A stretch of 57,536 nt of DNA from a virus (taxonomy: Duplodnaviria; Caudoviricetes). The number at the start of each line of letters is the position of its first letter. Positions within the stretch are counted from its first letter, which is position 1. The position numbers and the translations under genes were made by a program. The stretch is from positions 1 to 57,536 of IMG/VR virus record IMGVR_UViG_3300035703_000110. The stretch is one strand, 5' to 3'. A model generated the notes under the pieces. That model saw only the letters and a program-made list of their open reading frames with translations, was not told the origin of the DNA and did no database searches. Shown in pieces: positions 17,481 through 27,821 of the stretch.

Positions 17481-18305
17481 TCAATAGAAAGGATTATTAC
17501 CGTCAAACGGTGATGAACCCGGCATGTTTGGCGCACCGCCGTAATTCAGATAATTGTCAAACTGCTTGCACGCAGCCGGAGTGCGGGCGCAACCTCGATA
17601 CAAACTAACCTGTTGACCGACGTATAGGTCATTGGGTGTGCCAAAAATGAATACCGTGTCAAGGCTTTGGTCTTCGATCCCGAGGTACTCCACACCCTTG
17701 ACCGGGTGGATGTATTTTAAAAAACCTCCGGGATACGTCGATCCGTACTCAGAAGACAAATTTGCGGCTACTGTAATCGCGGCCCCTGTCATGCTGACAA
17801 TCGTTGTTGGGACTTCATACAGCTTTTTGTCCACCTTACAGGTAATCGGGTCATAGATGGCGTATGGACAAGCCCGTTGCCACGCGTAACGCAGCCCCTG
17901 GCGGCGCAAAGACACGCTGGCAGTCTCGCACATCAACGAGACAACTCCGGGCTCCTGTGGGGCCACCTGTGCAATCCCACCGGCATAGATTGCGAAAACG
18001 TCTGTGTCGTCCACGTCTTTTTGGAAAATCCGTACAAATACCTCGGACCCAGGCGGTGAAACCAAGAAAATTTGAGCGGGTGCAATCGTGATCGATGCGG
18101 TGATGGTCAACGTATCGCTTGTAGCTTCCCCGGACTGCTTAACGCTGTCATGGCTGATTTGGGTAGCAGCCCACACATTGCCGTCTATCGTGAGCACATC
18201 GCTAGGTGCAGCCGCGTAACGCCATGTCCGCTCACCCAAGGTGAAGGCGTAGAGAAACAAAGGCTTGGCGCTGTCAATAGATAATTCTTGTTCGGCAAGG
18301 GACAT
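17481..18305 (-). CDS. tail tip protein (DUF2163/BR0599-like)
   Basis: WQRACPYAIYD..CKV and GCARTPAACKQFDNYLNYGG. Confidence 0.85.
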   Translation of the reverse strand: MSLAEQELSIDSAKPLFLYAFTLGERTWRYAAAPSDVLTIDGNVWAATQISHDSVKQSGEATSDTLTITASITIAPAQIFLVSPPGSEVFVRIFQKDVDDTDVFAIYAGGIAQVAPQEPGVVSLMCETASVSLRRQGLRYAWQRACPYAIYDPITCKVDKKLYEVPTTIVSMTGAAITVAANLSSEYGSTYPGGFLKYIHPVKGVEYLGIEDQSLDTVFIFGTPNDLYVGQQVSLYRGCARTPAACKQFDNYLNYGGAPNMPGSSPFDGNNPFY

Positions 18306-18317
18306 GGGCTACTCGAT

Positions 18318-19964
18318 TCATGTTGGCGTCACCATCCCCGAGCTGTCCACGGATCGGGTGACAAAGCTAGACTTTACCGCAGCCGCTTCGTCAACCAAAT
18401 GGGTAAATTCAAAAGAGTCTTGGTCAAAGCGACTTGCGACAATAAATTGCACCCGGCTTACCATGTTTTTAGCAATGACCGGGAGCGCTTCATTTACCGT
18501 AAAGCGTTCGACTTGGGACTCACCCGAGCCCACACGCGCCACGTTCAAAACTCGGCGGTAGATGGTCGGTGAGCCGTCATCAAAGTAAAAGGCCAAAGTC
18601 TTACGGGAGTCTTGAGATACACCCACGTTTTCAGCAAATCCGGTCACACGCGCATCGAACAAAAAGCCACCTAAGCCACTTTCCAAAAACACGTCACGGG
18701 TAAACGAGGGGGCGTAAAAGCGAACGGCCCTGCCACGAGCTGCAGCAATGAACTGACGCAAGGCGTATAGGGCTTCCCGGCCACGGGTGAGCATGGCAAA
18801 ACGGCTGTTGACGATAGCCCTGTTGCCAGGGTTGCTCACTTCCACGGGACTCAGTTGATTGTCAAGCGTGTAGTCTTCACGGTCATAGTCAATGGTCAAC
18901 GCTGTGCCCCGGTCAATCTTGAATGTCCACAGGGGTGTCGGGTAGCCCCACGATCCGGCAAATCGACGGTCAGGCTCTTTGAAGTCAAAGCGCAGGGTCA
19001 TGCTACCAACCCGGTCAATTGGGTTGCTCATGCTCACCTTGTCGGAAATGAAGGCCACCTTGAGCGGGATCAACCGCGTGCCCGCAGGCCAAAGCTTTGA
19101 CGGGCGTTTGCGCCAAGTTATCTCATCTGTGCCGGTATCTACCGTTTCAATCTGCAGCACCTCATGGTTTGCCGGATCACCATTGGTAGCAAGCACTATT
19201 TCACCGGCTGCAAACTCACGGTAAACCAAGCTGTCACCGGTAATCAAATGCGAGGCCGCGTTGGCGGACATATCCACGACCGTGCGGTATTGCTCTTGCC
19301 ACACAGGTACAAGCATGTCCGATGAGCCTACGCCCACGGCAAAGGCATCCAATCGAGCCCGGTGAGCATCTTGGCGCAAGAAAGAGGCTTCAAGCGAACG
19401 GCGAGGGTGCGCACGCAGGGCACGGCGTTGTTCGGCGGCGGTTTCGCTGACCATGATGTCGGTCAGGTAGCTAATGCGCTCAGTCACCCCGTTTTGCCAG
19501 TTCGGCAACAACCCAAACACCGGCAAGTTCAATCGGGGGTCTTGTGCAGCCGGGATGTCTTCATCCAGAACTTCAGACGTACTAAAAACCCAACCGTCAG
19601 CGTCCGAGGTGTAACTTACCGTCGCTGTGCGGTAAATCAACAAGGCGGCGTAGGTTTTTTCTGACATCGAGCTTTTCACCAAAGTGATGTCGATTCGCCG
19701 TTCACCGGGGCCAATGCTGACCTGTGTGATAAACGAGCCCGAGCCGTTTAGAGTAACTCCGTCAAAAGTCACCGAACCACCCGGCGAAAGAAGAATTTTG
19801 ACGGAGTACACCCCCGCTTGAAGGCTCAGTTTTTTTGCGAGGTAGTACGTCCCCACCGCTTCGCTTCCGAGCACCGCGTTAACCCCAAGCCCCTTTTCAC
19901 CGTTTGTGAATTTGTCATCGTCAGGAGCTTGGATTGGGTGGTTAAAAACAGGGGTAGCGCTCAT
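18318..19964 (-). CDS. distal tail-type structural protein
   Basis: PNWQNGVTERISYLTDI..SET.AEQRRALR..PRRS. It follows the tape measure gene. Confidence 0.8.
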   Translation of the reverse strand: MSATPVFNHPIQAPDDDKFTNGEKGLGVNAVLGSEAVGTYYLAKKLSLQAGVYSVKILLSPGGSVTFDGVTLNGSGSFITQVSIGPGERRIDITLVKSSMSEKTYAALLIYRTATVSYTSDADGWVFSTSEVLDEDIPAAQDPRLNLPVFGLLPNWQNGVTERISYLTDIMVSETAAEQRRALRAHPRRSLEASFLRQDAHRARLDAFAVGVGSSDMLVPVWQEQYRTVVDMSANAASHLITGDSLVYREFAAGEIVLATNGDPANHEVLQIETVDTGTDEITWRKRPSKLWPAGTRLIPLKVAFISDKVSMSNPIDRVGSMTLRFDFKEPDRRFAGSWGYPTPLWTFKIDRGTALTIDYDREDYTLDNQLSPVEVSNPGNRAIVNSRFAMLTRGREALYALRQFIAAARGRAVRFYAPSFTRDVFLESGLGGFLFDARVTGFAENVGVSQDSRKTLAFYFDDGSPTIYRRVLNVARVGSGESQVERFTVNEALPVIAKNMVSRVQFIVASRFDQDSFEFTHLVDEAAAVKSSFVTRSVDSSGMVTPT

Positions 19965-19966
19965 GG

Positions 19967-22900
19967 TCAGCTTTTCAGTAGTTGCTTTATTGTCGGCAAG
20001 TTGCGGCGAACGGATTGGACGATAACACGGTCACCCTCCGAACTAGCCATTGCTTCGGCAACCTTTGTACGGTCGTCAACCAAGACCACGCGCATACCTT
20101 CACCAGAAGCACCGCCTGCACCGCCAGGAGCCGCACCACCGTTAAGAATGTGGCGAGGGCTGTCCGCTGTCAGGACTTCCTCACCTTTCTCAAGGATGGT
20201 TGCATACTCGTTGCTTGCAAGACCGGGAATGCCGCCTGTGTGGTAGCGAGGTGCATTGGCAAACCATGAGGTGTCCACGCTACGGGAGCGCTTGCCCGAG
20301 CTGTAACTACCAACCACGCCGCCTGTGTGCTGCACTGTTGCCGAGCCTGCCACACCGACCGCCGCCAGTACGGGGTTGCCGGAGTTTTTCAGAGCATTAA
20401 AAATTTGCTGCTTGATAATCATGATTGCGATTTCTCGCAAAAACTGAGCGGCAAATTGACCAAAGGCTTGGGCAATGTTGTTAAACCCATCCATCACAGA
20501 CATTTGACCAAGGGCCACTTGCTGAAGGCTATCAACCATCGAGCCAAGGCCCACGTCAACACCTTTCACAACACCCTGAATAAGCTTCGCTTCGATGGCT
20601 GTAAATTCAGTCTTTACCTGCGAGGCCTTCAGTCGCACGGCTTCAAGCTGCGCCAAGAAAATAGCCTTGTCCTCGGGTGTGGCAAACACGGCTGCGTTTT
20701 GCTCGGCCCACTTGCGTGTGGCTTCCGCTGCAGCGTTGATCCCCGGCAAAGATGCGGCGTTGATTTTGTTAATTTCAGCGGCGGCTTCTACGTCAGTCAT
20801 GTTGCCCGCTTCTTTGGAAGCGTTGACGGCTGCAATGGCTGTGTCACGATTTTTGATGAGGCCTGTAATCCGAGCTTCACCGCGTGCGAGTTCCTCTTGG
20901 GCAAACTTCACCCGGTCCATGGCCTGCAGTTGCTTGATGTACTCATCCAATTGGACTTTGGCGTCATCCGCACCCGCAGTAGACCGACCGTTAGATTCCA
21001 GCTTTTCACGCATTGCTGCAATCTTTTGGTAAAGACCGATGTAGCTGTTTTCGATAGCCTTTTGACGGGCATCCAAATCCAAGGTTTCTTTGCGGCCCGC
21101 CGCTGCAGCCACGTTGCCAAGTTCGGCAACCAAGCTATCGAAGTCGTCCCGAATGCCTTTGTAAAACTTGTCAGTGACGTTGCTTTTCAATTCAGAAATT
21201 GCGGCATCAAGTTGACGCATGTACTCCACACCGGTAGCCCCGCCGAGCTTGCCGATTTTTTGGCGCAAGCCTTCATACTGACTGTCAATCGCATCAATCT
21301 GAGATTGCAGGGACTCAGTTTGTGACCGGTCAATTTTGGTATCGATGGCCCGCAGTGCGTTTTCAATTTCACCCTTGAGCGATTCGAGCTTTTTGGCTGC
21401 GCTCTCTGCAGTCTTGTCGGCACTGTCTTTGCCCTTGCCTTTACCGTTGCCGGTCACTCCAGGCGTAGGCGTAGCGCTTGCAGTAGCACGGGCTGCAGCA
21501 ACACCACCGTTTGCCGCTTGCGCAGAGTCCCGCAGCATGTCAGCCCGGATGTCACGAATGCGCTTCAGTTCGGTTTCAGCTTTGGCCCGAGCTGCACTGA
21601 CGGCCTTGCCTACGTCCGCATAACTAACCGTTGCCGTTTTTGCAGCGTTGCGCAACTCGGCCGCAAAGTTGTCCATACCCACAGCGCTTGCCAACTCGGC
21701 CATCCAACCGATGATTGCTTTGACACCGTTCGCCACTTTGTCGATGGCAAAACGAAACGCGTTGCCGATGACCATTGGCAGAGCTTCAAACGCAGCGGTG
21801 TACGAGTATTTGACTTGCACCCACAGTTCGTCCAAGCCGGTGACAAACCAAATCGTTGCGTCACGGAAGCCCTGAAATTCTTTGTAGGCCCACTCGGAAA
21901 GCTGTTTTGCGGCAAATACTGCAGCCACAGCAAGCAGTAGTCCGTTTACTGCAGCCGTCAGCACCCCCACAACGCCCGCAAAACCGCCTACAGCAGCCGT
22001 GGCCGGGGCGACTGCAGCGGGCATAGCCGCAAACGCGATTGCAGCCGCTCCAAGCGATGTGACAAGCCCACGCAGATAGTTGATACCCAAGGTTGCAACA
22101 AAGGTCGTAATCAGGGGAATGATGATGTCTAAGTTTTTGGCCACGAGCGTGAAGCCGTCAGCCATAAACACCAGTGCATTGCCAAATTGCTTTGCCGCGT
22201 TTTCACCCTCGGCGCTTTTCATGAAGTCAACGATGACCACCAAAGCCCGCTTGTACGCGTCAACCCAACCGGAGTCGGCCACGGCCAATTGAAAATCGTA
22301 AACCGCGTTGTTAACGCGCATTTGCTCTGCAGCAAGTGACTTCTGTGCAGCGGGCAACTCTTTTGAAACGATGTCCCGGTACTTGCCTGCAATCAACACG
22401 AGTTGGTCTGACGTAATCAGGCCATTCTTCATCGCCTTTTCAAGATCAGGGAATTGGTCTTTGAGTGCGGATGCCGCAATCTCAAAAGCTCCGAAAAGTC
22501 GATCCCCGAGCTGGCCCCTGAGTTCTTCGGCCTGGATAGTTCCTTTGCTGTAGATTTGTTCTAACGCACGAAACACGCCGTCCAAATCGTCAGCGGTCAA
22601 GTTGGCAACGCGGCTGACTTCAGAAAACGATTCAAAGACTGCCCGGACCTCTTGGCGTCCGCGACCGGCCAACGTGGCGGCTGCAGAAAACTTTGCATAC
22701 CCCTTAATGGTGCGCTCGAATTCCAAGCCGATGCGATCCGACTGCGCTTTCACGTAGGCATATTCAGCATCAATGGCTGCTTTGTCGCTACCCACGGAAA
22801 TAGAAAGCTGGTTCTTTGCACCTTCACGGGAGCTGAATGCGTCAAGCGCACCTTTGGCCGTGTTGATGACGCCGTACAAGCCGGTGTACGCTGCCACCAA

Positions 22901-24598
22901 GGACAACACTTCACCGCGTAGGCGCTGCATCAGGGACAGGGTTGTACGGCCACCGTCCGCATCAAAGAAGCCACTACCTTTGGTCGGTGAGCTGGCTTTC
23001 TCTTGGGCCAAGCCGTAGTCTTTAACGGCCAAGGTCAATGCCTGCACGGTCCCCACACTCTTACGAGCTGCGTTGGTCAAACGCTCTTGAGTCGCAGCCA
23101 AGTTTTCAGTGGCAAGCCCTGCAGCCTGCAACGCGCCGTAAGCTTCACGGCGGGCCTGCAAATCGGCCTGCAGGGCTTTGGTAGCTGCACTTTGACGGGC
23201 TTGGGCTTGGGCCAAGTTTGCGATCATCGCTTTTGAGTCAGCGCCACCTTGACGAACTGCAGCCGCGTACCGGAGTACCTCGGCGTTAGCGTTGACAAAC
23301 TCCGCACGAGTGGCCTTGACGGCTTGCCCTTGCCGTTTGAATTCGTCTACCAAACCGGATTGCCGAGCCAAAGCTTTTTGTGTGGCTTCGAGCGATTGCA
23401 TCGTGTCCCGGTAACCCTCAATCGGCCCACGGGTAGCCGCGATGGTCGTTGCTAGTTGATCCAACTCAGCTTCCACACCACTCAGGGTAGTGCGCATGGC
23501 TTTTGCCGGGTCAAGAATCTCATCCACTGCAGAGCGCAATGACACGACACTTGGGCGCAGGTTGTTCGATGCGGTTGCCAGGGTGCTAAACGAGCGGGCC
23601 GATGCCTCGGCATCCGTCGCCAACTTTTCCAGATTTTTGGAAGCCTTTGCTTCATCCGCCGCAGCCGCAGCCTTTTGAGCCGCTGCCTTGTTGGCGGCTG
23701 CAATCTGGGCATTGAGCACAGAAATCCGGTTGCTGTACTCTTGAGCTTCCGCAGCTTCACCGGACTTGCGTGCAGCCGCAGCCGAGGCTTCACGGGCCGC
23801 TGCAGCCTTGTTGGCGGCTGCAATCTGTGCATTGATGACCGACACACGGTTGGCGTACTCTGTGAGCGCCTGAGTACGGGCATTTGCCGCCTGTGCTGCC
23901 GCCGCTGCCTCTTGGGCCGCTGCAGCCTTGTTAGACGCGGCAATCTGTGCATTGATGACCGACACACGGTTGGCGTGTTCGGTGAGCAACCGGGCACGTT
24001 CTTCAGCCAAGGCCCGTTCTGCCGCTTGTCCTGCGCTGACGTTGGCTGAGTATTCTTTTAGCTCTTTGTTGAGCTTCGCACGGGTCTGTGACTCTTGCAA
24101 TCCAAGTTCGATGAGCTTGGCCTGCGAAGCGGCATAGTCGGCTGCATCTAATCCGGCTTTGGACAGCTCATCATTCAGGGCGGCTTGTTCGGATCGGCGG
24201 GCCTTGAGTCGGGCTGTGGCATTGTCTTCAGCCTTGGTCAGCTTATCCCGTTTTGCAATCTGCGCGTCAGTGAGCGCGTCTTGCTTGCTGAGTTCCGATT
24301 GGTACTTGGTGAGTGCAGTGGTTGCACGATTGACGGCTTTTTCAGCGTCATCAACTTTTTTGTTGTAGGCCTGAAAAGCGTTGAGTTGCTTCAGTGCTGT
24401 TGCTACGGCATCCGCTTCAACCGCAAGCGCTGCTTGGGTAGCCAAGAGTTGATCGTTAACCCGTTGGCCCTTTTTTGCGGCATCACTTTGCTTGTCGATT
24501 GCATCACTGATTTCAGCAATCGACTTGGCTACTCCCGCTAAGTCTTTCTTGCCTTCAATGATAGCGCGGATGCGTAGATCAACATTTTGGTCAGTCAC
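19967..24598 (-). CDS. tail tape measure protein
   Basis: 1543 aa, Ala-rich and helical, with QIYSKGTIQAEELRGQLGDRL and C-terminal HTGG motifs. Confidence 0.93.
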   Translation of the reverse strand: MTDQNVDLRIRAIIEGKKDLAGVAKSIAEISDAIDKQSDAAKKGQRVNDQLLATQAALAVEADAVATALKQLNAFQAYNKKVDDAEKAVNRATTALTKYQSELSKQDALTDAQIAKRDKLTKAEDNATARLKARRSEQAALNDELSKAGLDAADYAASQAKLIELGLQESQTRAKLNKELKEYSANVSAGQAAERALAEERARLLTEHANRVSVINAQIAASNKAAAAQEAAAAAQAANARTQALTEYANRVSVINAQIAAANKAAAAREASAAAARKSGEAAEAQEYSNRISVLNAQIAAANKAAAQKAAAAADEAKASKNLEKLATDAEASARSFSTLATASNNLRPSVVSLRSAVDEILDPAKAMRTTLSGVEAELDQLATTIAATRGPIEGYRDTMQSLEATQKALARQSGLVDEFKRQGQAVKATRAEFVNANAEVLRYAAAVRQGGADSKAMIANLAQAQARQSAATKALQADLQARREAYGALQAAGLATENLAATQERLTNAARKSVGTVQALTLAVKDYGLAQEKASSPTKGSGFFDADGGRTTLSLMQRLRGEVLSLVAAYTGLYGVINTAKGALDAFSSREGAKNQLSISVGSDKAAIDAEYAYVKAQSDRIGLEFERTIKGYAKFSAAATLAGRGRQEVRAVFESFSEVSRVANLTADDLDGVFRALEQIYSKGTIQAEELRGQLGDRLFGAFEIAASALKDQFPDLEKAMKNGLITSDQLVLIAGKYRDIVSKELPAAQKSLAAEQMRVNNAVYDFQLAVADSGWVDAYKRALVVIVDFMKSAEGENAAKQFGNALVFMADGFTLVAKNLDIIIPLITTFVATLGINYLRGLVTSLGAAAIAFAAMPAAVAPATAAVGGFAGVVGVLTAAVNGLLLAVAAVFAAKQLSEWAYKEFQGFRDATIWFVTGLDELWVQVKYSYTAAFEALPMVIGNAFRFAIDKVANGVKAIIGWMAELASAVGMDNFAAELRNAAKTATVSYADVGKAVSAARAKAETELKRIRDIRADMLRDSAQAANGGVAAARATASATPTPGVTGNGKGKGKDSADKTAESAAKKLESLKGEIENALRAIDTKIDRSQTESLQSQIDAIDSQYEGLRQKIGKLGGATGVEYMRQLDAAISELKSNVTDKFYKGIRDDFDSLVAELGNVAAAAGRKETLDLDARQKAIENSYIGLYQKIAAMREKLESNGRSTAGADDAKVQLDEYIKQLQAMDRVKFAQEELARGEARITGLIKNRDTAIAAVNASKEAGNMTDVEAAAEINKINAASLPGINAAAEATRKWAEQNAAVFATPEDKAIFLAQLEAVRLKASQVKTEFTAIEAKLIQGVVKGVDVGLGSMVDSLQQVALGQMSVMDGFNNIAQAFGQFAAQFLREIAIMIIKQQIFNALKNSGNPVLAAVGVAGSATVQHTGGVVGSYSSGKRSRSVDTSWFANAPRYHTGGIPGLASNEYATILEKGEEVLTADSPRHILNGGAAPGGAGGASGEGMRVVLVDDRTKVAEAMASSEGDRVIVQSVRRNLPTIKQLLKS

Positions 24599-24911
24599 TT
24601 TCAGCCACCTTGTCTAAGAGCTTTTGTAATTCCTTGCTCCCTTTTTTAGAGAACATGGTAGAAAGCACTAATTGTGTCACAGCAGCGTCCCGTGACCGGC
24701 GAAAGTGATGACGTTGGCGAACTATGAGAGCTTCTGACCACACCACCGCTACGGGATAGCGGCGGGCGTCAGTGTGACCCTCAGAAAGTAAAAGGCTCAC
24801 ATCGCGGCGAAGCCCTTGGTAAAAACGGATTACTCCACTTTCGCCATCATCTGCGCTATCCGAGGACGGTTCGCCTTCAGGAGCCCCGCGATTAGCTCCC
24901 ACGATTTTTTT
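24591..24911 (-). CDS. tail assembly chaperone T segment (-1 frameshift extension)
   Basis: The frame is entered by a -1 slip at A-AAA-AAA (24905-24911) in the upstream gene. Confidence 0.75.
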   Translation of the reverse strand, partial: KKIVGANRGAPEGEPSSDSADDGESGVIRFYQGLRRDVSLLLSEGHTDARRYPVAVVWSEALIVRQRHHFRRSRDAAVTQLVLSTMFSKKGSKELQKLLDKVAESD

Positions 24912-25261
24912 ATACCGCCGACCTCCGTAAACGTCATATCACCAATGGTCATGATGATTTCAATTTGCTTCGGTGCAGGTATGCGCGAGGCTTGGGCTGC
25001 GCTGTCAGGCTCACGACTTGCAATGGCAATCAAGTTTGCGGCAAAGCCGGGTGCTTGACTGACAATAGATTTGACTACCGGCAACAATTCGTCACTGGTT
25101 TTGATGTTGGCGTTTTGGAAAATTTCAAAGAGTGCGTCCAAGTCGGGAAGGTGCTCACGCACCAACACCGACACGTCCTCAATGGACAGCCCTTCCACGT
25201 TGAAAGAGCCGCCCTTGAGTTCGATCAGACGACTCTCAGGTTTATAGTTTGAGAGTCCCAT
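24830..25261 (-). CDS. tail assembly chaperone (gpG-like)
   Basis: Lies between major tail and tape measure genes. GGIKK carries the slippery heptamer. Confidence 0.85.
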   Translation of the reverse strand: MGLSNYKPESRLIELKGGSFNVEGLSIEDVSVLVREHLPDLDALFEIFQNANIKTSDELLPVVKSIVSQAPGFAANLIAIASREPDSAAQASRIPAPKQIEIIMTIGDMTFTEVGGIKKSWELIAGLLKANRPRIAQMMAKVE

Positions 25262-25271
25262 GGTTCAACCT

Positions 25272-26087
25272 TTAGGCGGGTTGGCCGTCGATGTAGAGAG
25301 CGTCAATGTTGGAAGCCTTTTTCAAGATTTCCATAGTGAAGCCCATGGTCTGCCATTCGTCGCCCTTGAGGTTGTAGTCACCGTCCGGTGCCAACTTGAC
25401 ATAGGGTAAGTAGAAGTCGCGGTTTGCACCCTTGGGGTTGTCCGCAACAAAGCGAATCGAGCCATAGATCGAAGTGGACTTGGACACGATTTGCTCACGG
25501 GTGTTTGCCAGGTAATCGCAAGTCACACGGATGGCAGTCGCGTCCGGGATGTCGGGCGCATTGTCTTCGATGTAGATGCGTCCGCGCACTTCGTCAACTT
25601 GATAGTTGCCTGCAGCGGTAACGGGAGTGGAGAAACCTGCACCCTTGCTCACAACCACGTTGGCAACGCCACGCACGCCAGCGGGGCGGGCTTGACTCAC
25701 GCCGAGCTGATAGAAGCGACCTTGGATCACGCCGTCAGTGAAGGTTTCGATAACACCGGTTGCACTTGCTTGAGTCAGTGTGGAAGCTTCACCCAAGAAA
25801 TACAGCGCAATGTTGTCGGCGCTCACGTTGTCGCAAGTGAAACTGCCCGAGCGGTCCAAGCTCAATTGCACCGAATCATCCTTGGTACGGATACCGGAGT
25901 CGGAGTCAAAGTGGTCCAAGTCTTCAGACTCAGAGGTGGTAGAAAACTCGGGGGTGTTACCCAAGTAGCGTTCACCGCTGCCACGGGTAGCGGCGGTCAC
26001 GGTGACACCTGTTGCAAAGCGGTCAAAGAACACGCGGCCACGACCGAGTGTGTAATTCTTGCCACCAAGATCAGCGGTTACTGGCAT
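25272..26087 (-). CDS. major tail tube protein
   Basis: NYTLGRGRVFF, RYLGNTPEF and DNPKG.N....PYVKL.PDGD..LKGDEW. Confidence 0.88.
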   Translation of the reverse strand: MPVTADLGGKNYTLGRGRVFFDRFATGVTVTAATRGSGERYLGNTPEFSTTSESEDLDHFDSDSGIRTKDDSVQLSLDRSGSFTCDNVSADNIALYFLGEASTLTQASATGVIETFTDGVIQGRFYQLGVSQARPAGVRGVANVVVSKGAGFSTPVTAAGNYQVDEVRGRIYIEDNAPDIPDATAIRVTCDYLANTREQIVSKSTSIYGSIRFVADNPKGANRDFYLPYVKLAPDGDYNLKGDEWQTMGFTMEILKKASNIDALYIDGQPA

Positions 26088-26155
26088 TTTAAGCTCCTAG
26101 AAAAATGAATGAAAAAGAAAACTGACAATCGGATTATCACCGAAGTATCTGCGAA

Positions 26156-26671
26156 TTAAGAATCAGCTTCTTTGACTAAACCGACACGCACTGGCAAATA
26201 GAAAAACGACTTAGAGGAAATGCCTTCAGTCGGTGGGCGCACAACGCCAGGGCCAAACTGAAACGAGGTAACGAGTGCGCCCAACATAAACATATCGGGG
26301 TACTTTGGTGCGCCTGTGTGAGAGTGACTTGCAATGAGCTTTTGCATTTGCATTTCAACAACTTGCATCAATTGATACACAGCGTCAGTCGGGTTTTCTG
26401 GATCGTCTTGACACCATCCCTGCACGAGTAGATTCCAGTTTTCCCAACGACCCTCGCCGTTAGCACCCACAAGCTGCGCAGAATCCGGGCGGGGAGCTTC
26501 CAGAATCGACACCATTGTTTTGGGATCAGATTCACCATAGACGTTGCGCCCACGAAAGACGGCATTGGACAAATCAAAACCCGCATAGTCCGCAACACCC
26601 GGCTCATCTTTAATCAGCTTGAGGTGAGCGGTCAGCGCTTTGAGCACCTTGAGTCGGTATGAATCATCCAC
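26156..26671 (-). CDS. tail terminator-like protein
   Basis: VFRGRNVYG, SILEAP and NPTD motifs, upstream of the tail tube gene. Confidence 0.7.
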   Translation of the reverse strand: MDDSYRLKVLKALTAHLKLIKDEPGVADYAGFDLSNAVFRGRNVYGESDPKTMVSILEAPRPDSAQLVGANGEGRWENWNLLVQGWCQDDPENPTDAVYQLMQVVEMQMQKLIASHSHTGAPKYPDMFMLGALVTSFQFGPGVVRPPTEGISSKSFFYLPVRVGLVKEADS

Positions 26672-27254
26672 GGTTTGACATCCTTGAAAATTGACGTAGA
26701 AATTGTTTGGTCACAAGTTGCCCGATGGCTGCAGAGTTGTCTTTTGCCACACCCCGAAACACTTGGTCAACAGAAGGACCGTACAACAGGTACAGATTGT
26801 TGGCAAGCTTCACCGCAGAGCCTGAGTTGCGCAAGCTTTCGCCTTCTTTGATCCGCACAGCAAGGCCCGTATTGCCGTTGCGCAGGTTGACTAGAAAGGC
26901 TTTCTTGAGCTTTTCGGTCTTGCTGCCACGGACGGTAACCCTCACCCCTGTTCGGCGCGTACTGGCGGGCGTTTGGCCGCGTGCAAAGCGTGCGAGGGAA
27001 GTAGGGCGGTCCCTACCCCGAATCACAGCCTCCAAGCTGCTACGGGACGCACGGCGCACAACACGCAAGTGACCGTCCACATAGTCTTTGGTGAAGTTGA
27101 CTTGATCCCGCATATCGCTTTTCAGCAAGGCCAAACCGTCCCGGTCAGCGACTTGATTGATAGCCATGCTCATGGCTTTCTGTGCGATGTCCGGTAATGC
27201 CTCGAAAAAGCCCTGTAGCTTGTCAAGAGCTACCGCGTTGATCGAAACACTCAT
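26664..27254 (-). CDS. neck/tail completion protein (gpZ-like)
   Basis: Basic protein with RPTSLARF and LYGPSVDQVF. Confidence 0.7.
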   Translation of the reverse strand: MSVSINAVALDKLQGFFEALPDIAQKAMSMAINQVADRDGLALLKSDMRDQVNFTKDYVDGHLRVVRRASRSSLEAVIRGRDRPTSLARFARGQTPASTRRTGVRVTVRGSKTEKLKKAFLVNLRNGNTGLAVRIKEGESLRNSGSAVKLANNLYLLYGPSVDQVFRGVAKDNSAAIGQLVTKQFLRQFSRMSNRG

Positions 27255-27601
27255 GACCGGACCACCTGCCAAATTTCCTCAAGTTGATTCTTGATTGGGT
27301 CACGGACAGTCAGCAAGAATTCGACACCCGGTAAGTCGTCCAAGGTCACACGCCCATTGCGGACAAATGTGATGCCAGGGGTTGCGGCGGGCTCAAAGAC
27401 AATTCGCTCAACGCTCACCATCGTTTCTGCGTAACCTGCTTCCACAAGATCACCGATTTGATCCAACTTTTTGTGGTGGTAGCGGGCTATCACAGGCGTG
27501 GGAGCGCTCAGGGAAGAATCCTGATAGAACGCACCAACGCCGAACGTGTCATGCACGCTGCGGCGTAGTGCGGCTTTCGCGGCTGCGAAATTGAAGGCCA
27601 T
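27251..27601 (-). CDS. head-tail joining protein
   Basis: 116 aa with RRSVHDTF. Position fits a head-tail connector. Confidence 0.65.
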   Translation of the reverse strand: MAFNFAAAKAALRRSVHDTFGVGAFYQDSSLSAPTPVIARYHHKKLDQIGDLVEAGYAETMVSVERIVFEPAATPGITFVRNGRVTLDDLPGVEFLLTVRDPIKNQLEEIWQVVRS

Positions 27602-27795
27602 TACTTCTTTTCAGAAACAGCGGCTTCAGCGGGAGCTTTTGCAGCAACCACCGGCTTGGACAGAGCCACGGGATTGAGGCGTTCGATTTCCTCAACTTCG
27701 TGCATTTCAAAGTCGAAAGCTTTGCCAATAGGCGGTTCAACTTGCGTACCGTTGCGGACCACGAGGACCGGCTTATTCACAATGCGTGAAATCAT
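27601..27795 (-). CDS. small virion protein (paralog of 27822-28091)
   Basis: Shares a V.VVRNG......G...D....E...I....P.AL pattern with its neighbour. Confidence 0.65.
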   Translation of the reverse strand: MISRIVNKPVLVVRNGTQVEPPIGKAFDFEMHEVEEIERLNPVALSKPVVAAKAPAEAAVSEKK

Positions 27796-27821
27796 CAGAG
27801 TTACTCCAAGAGTTGCGGGAA

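Noticed and set aside
20327-21325. Long antisense ORFs (also 5322-6272, 14462-15352, 28388-29248, 34825-35778, 47736-48590, 52112-52882)
   Set aside because: These are shadow frames opposite well-supported genes, with no motifs or RBS.
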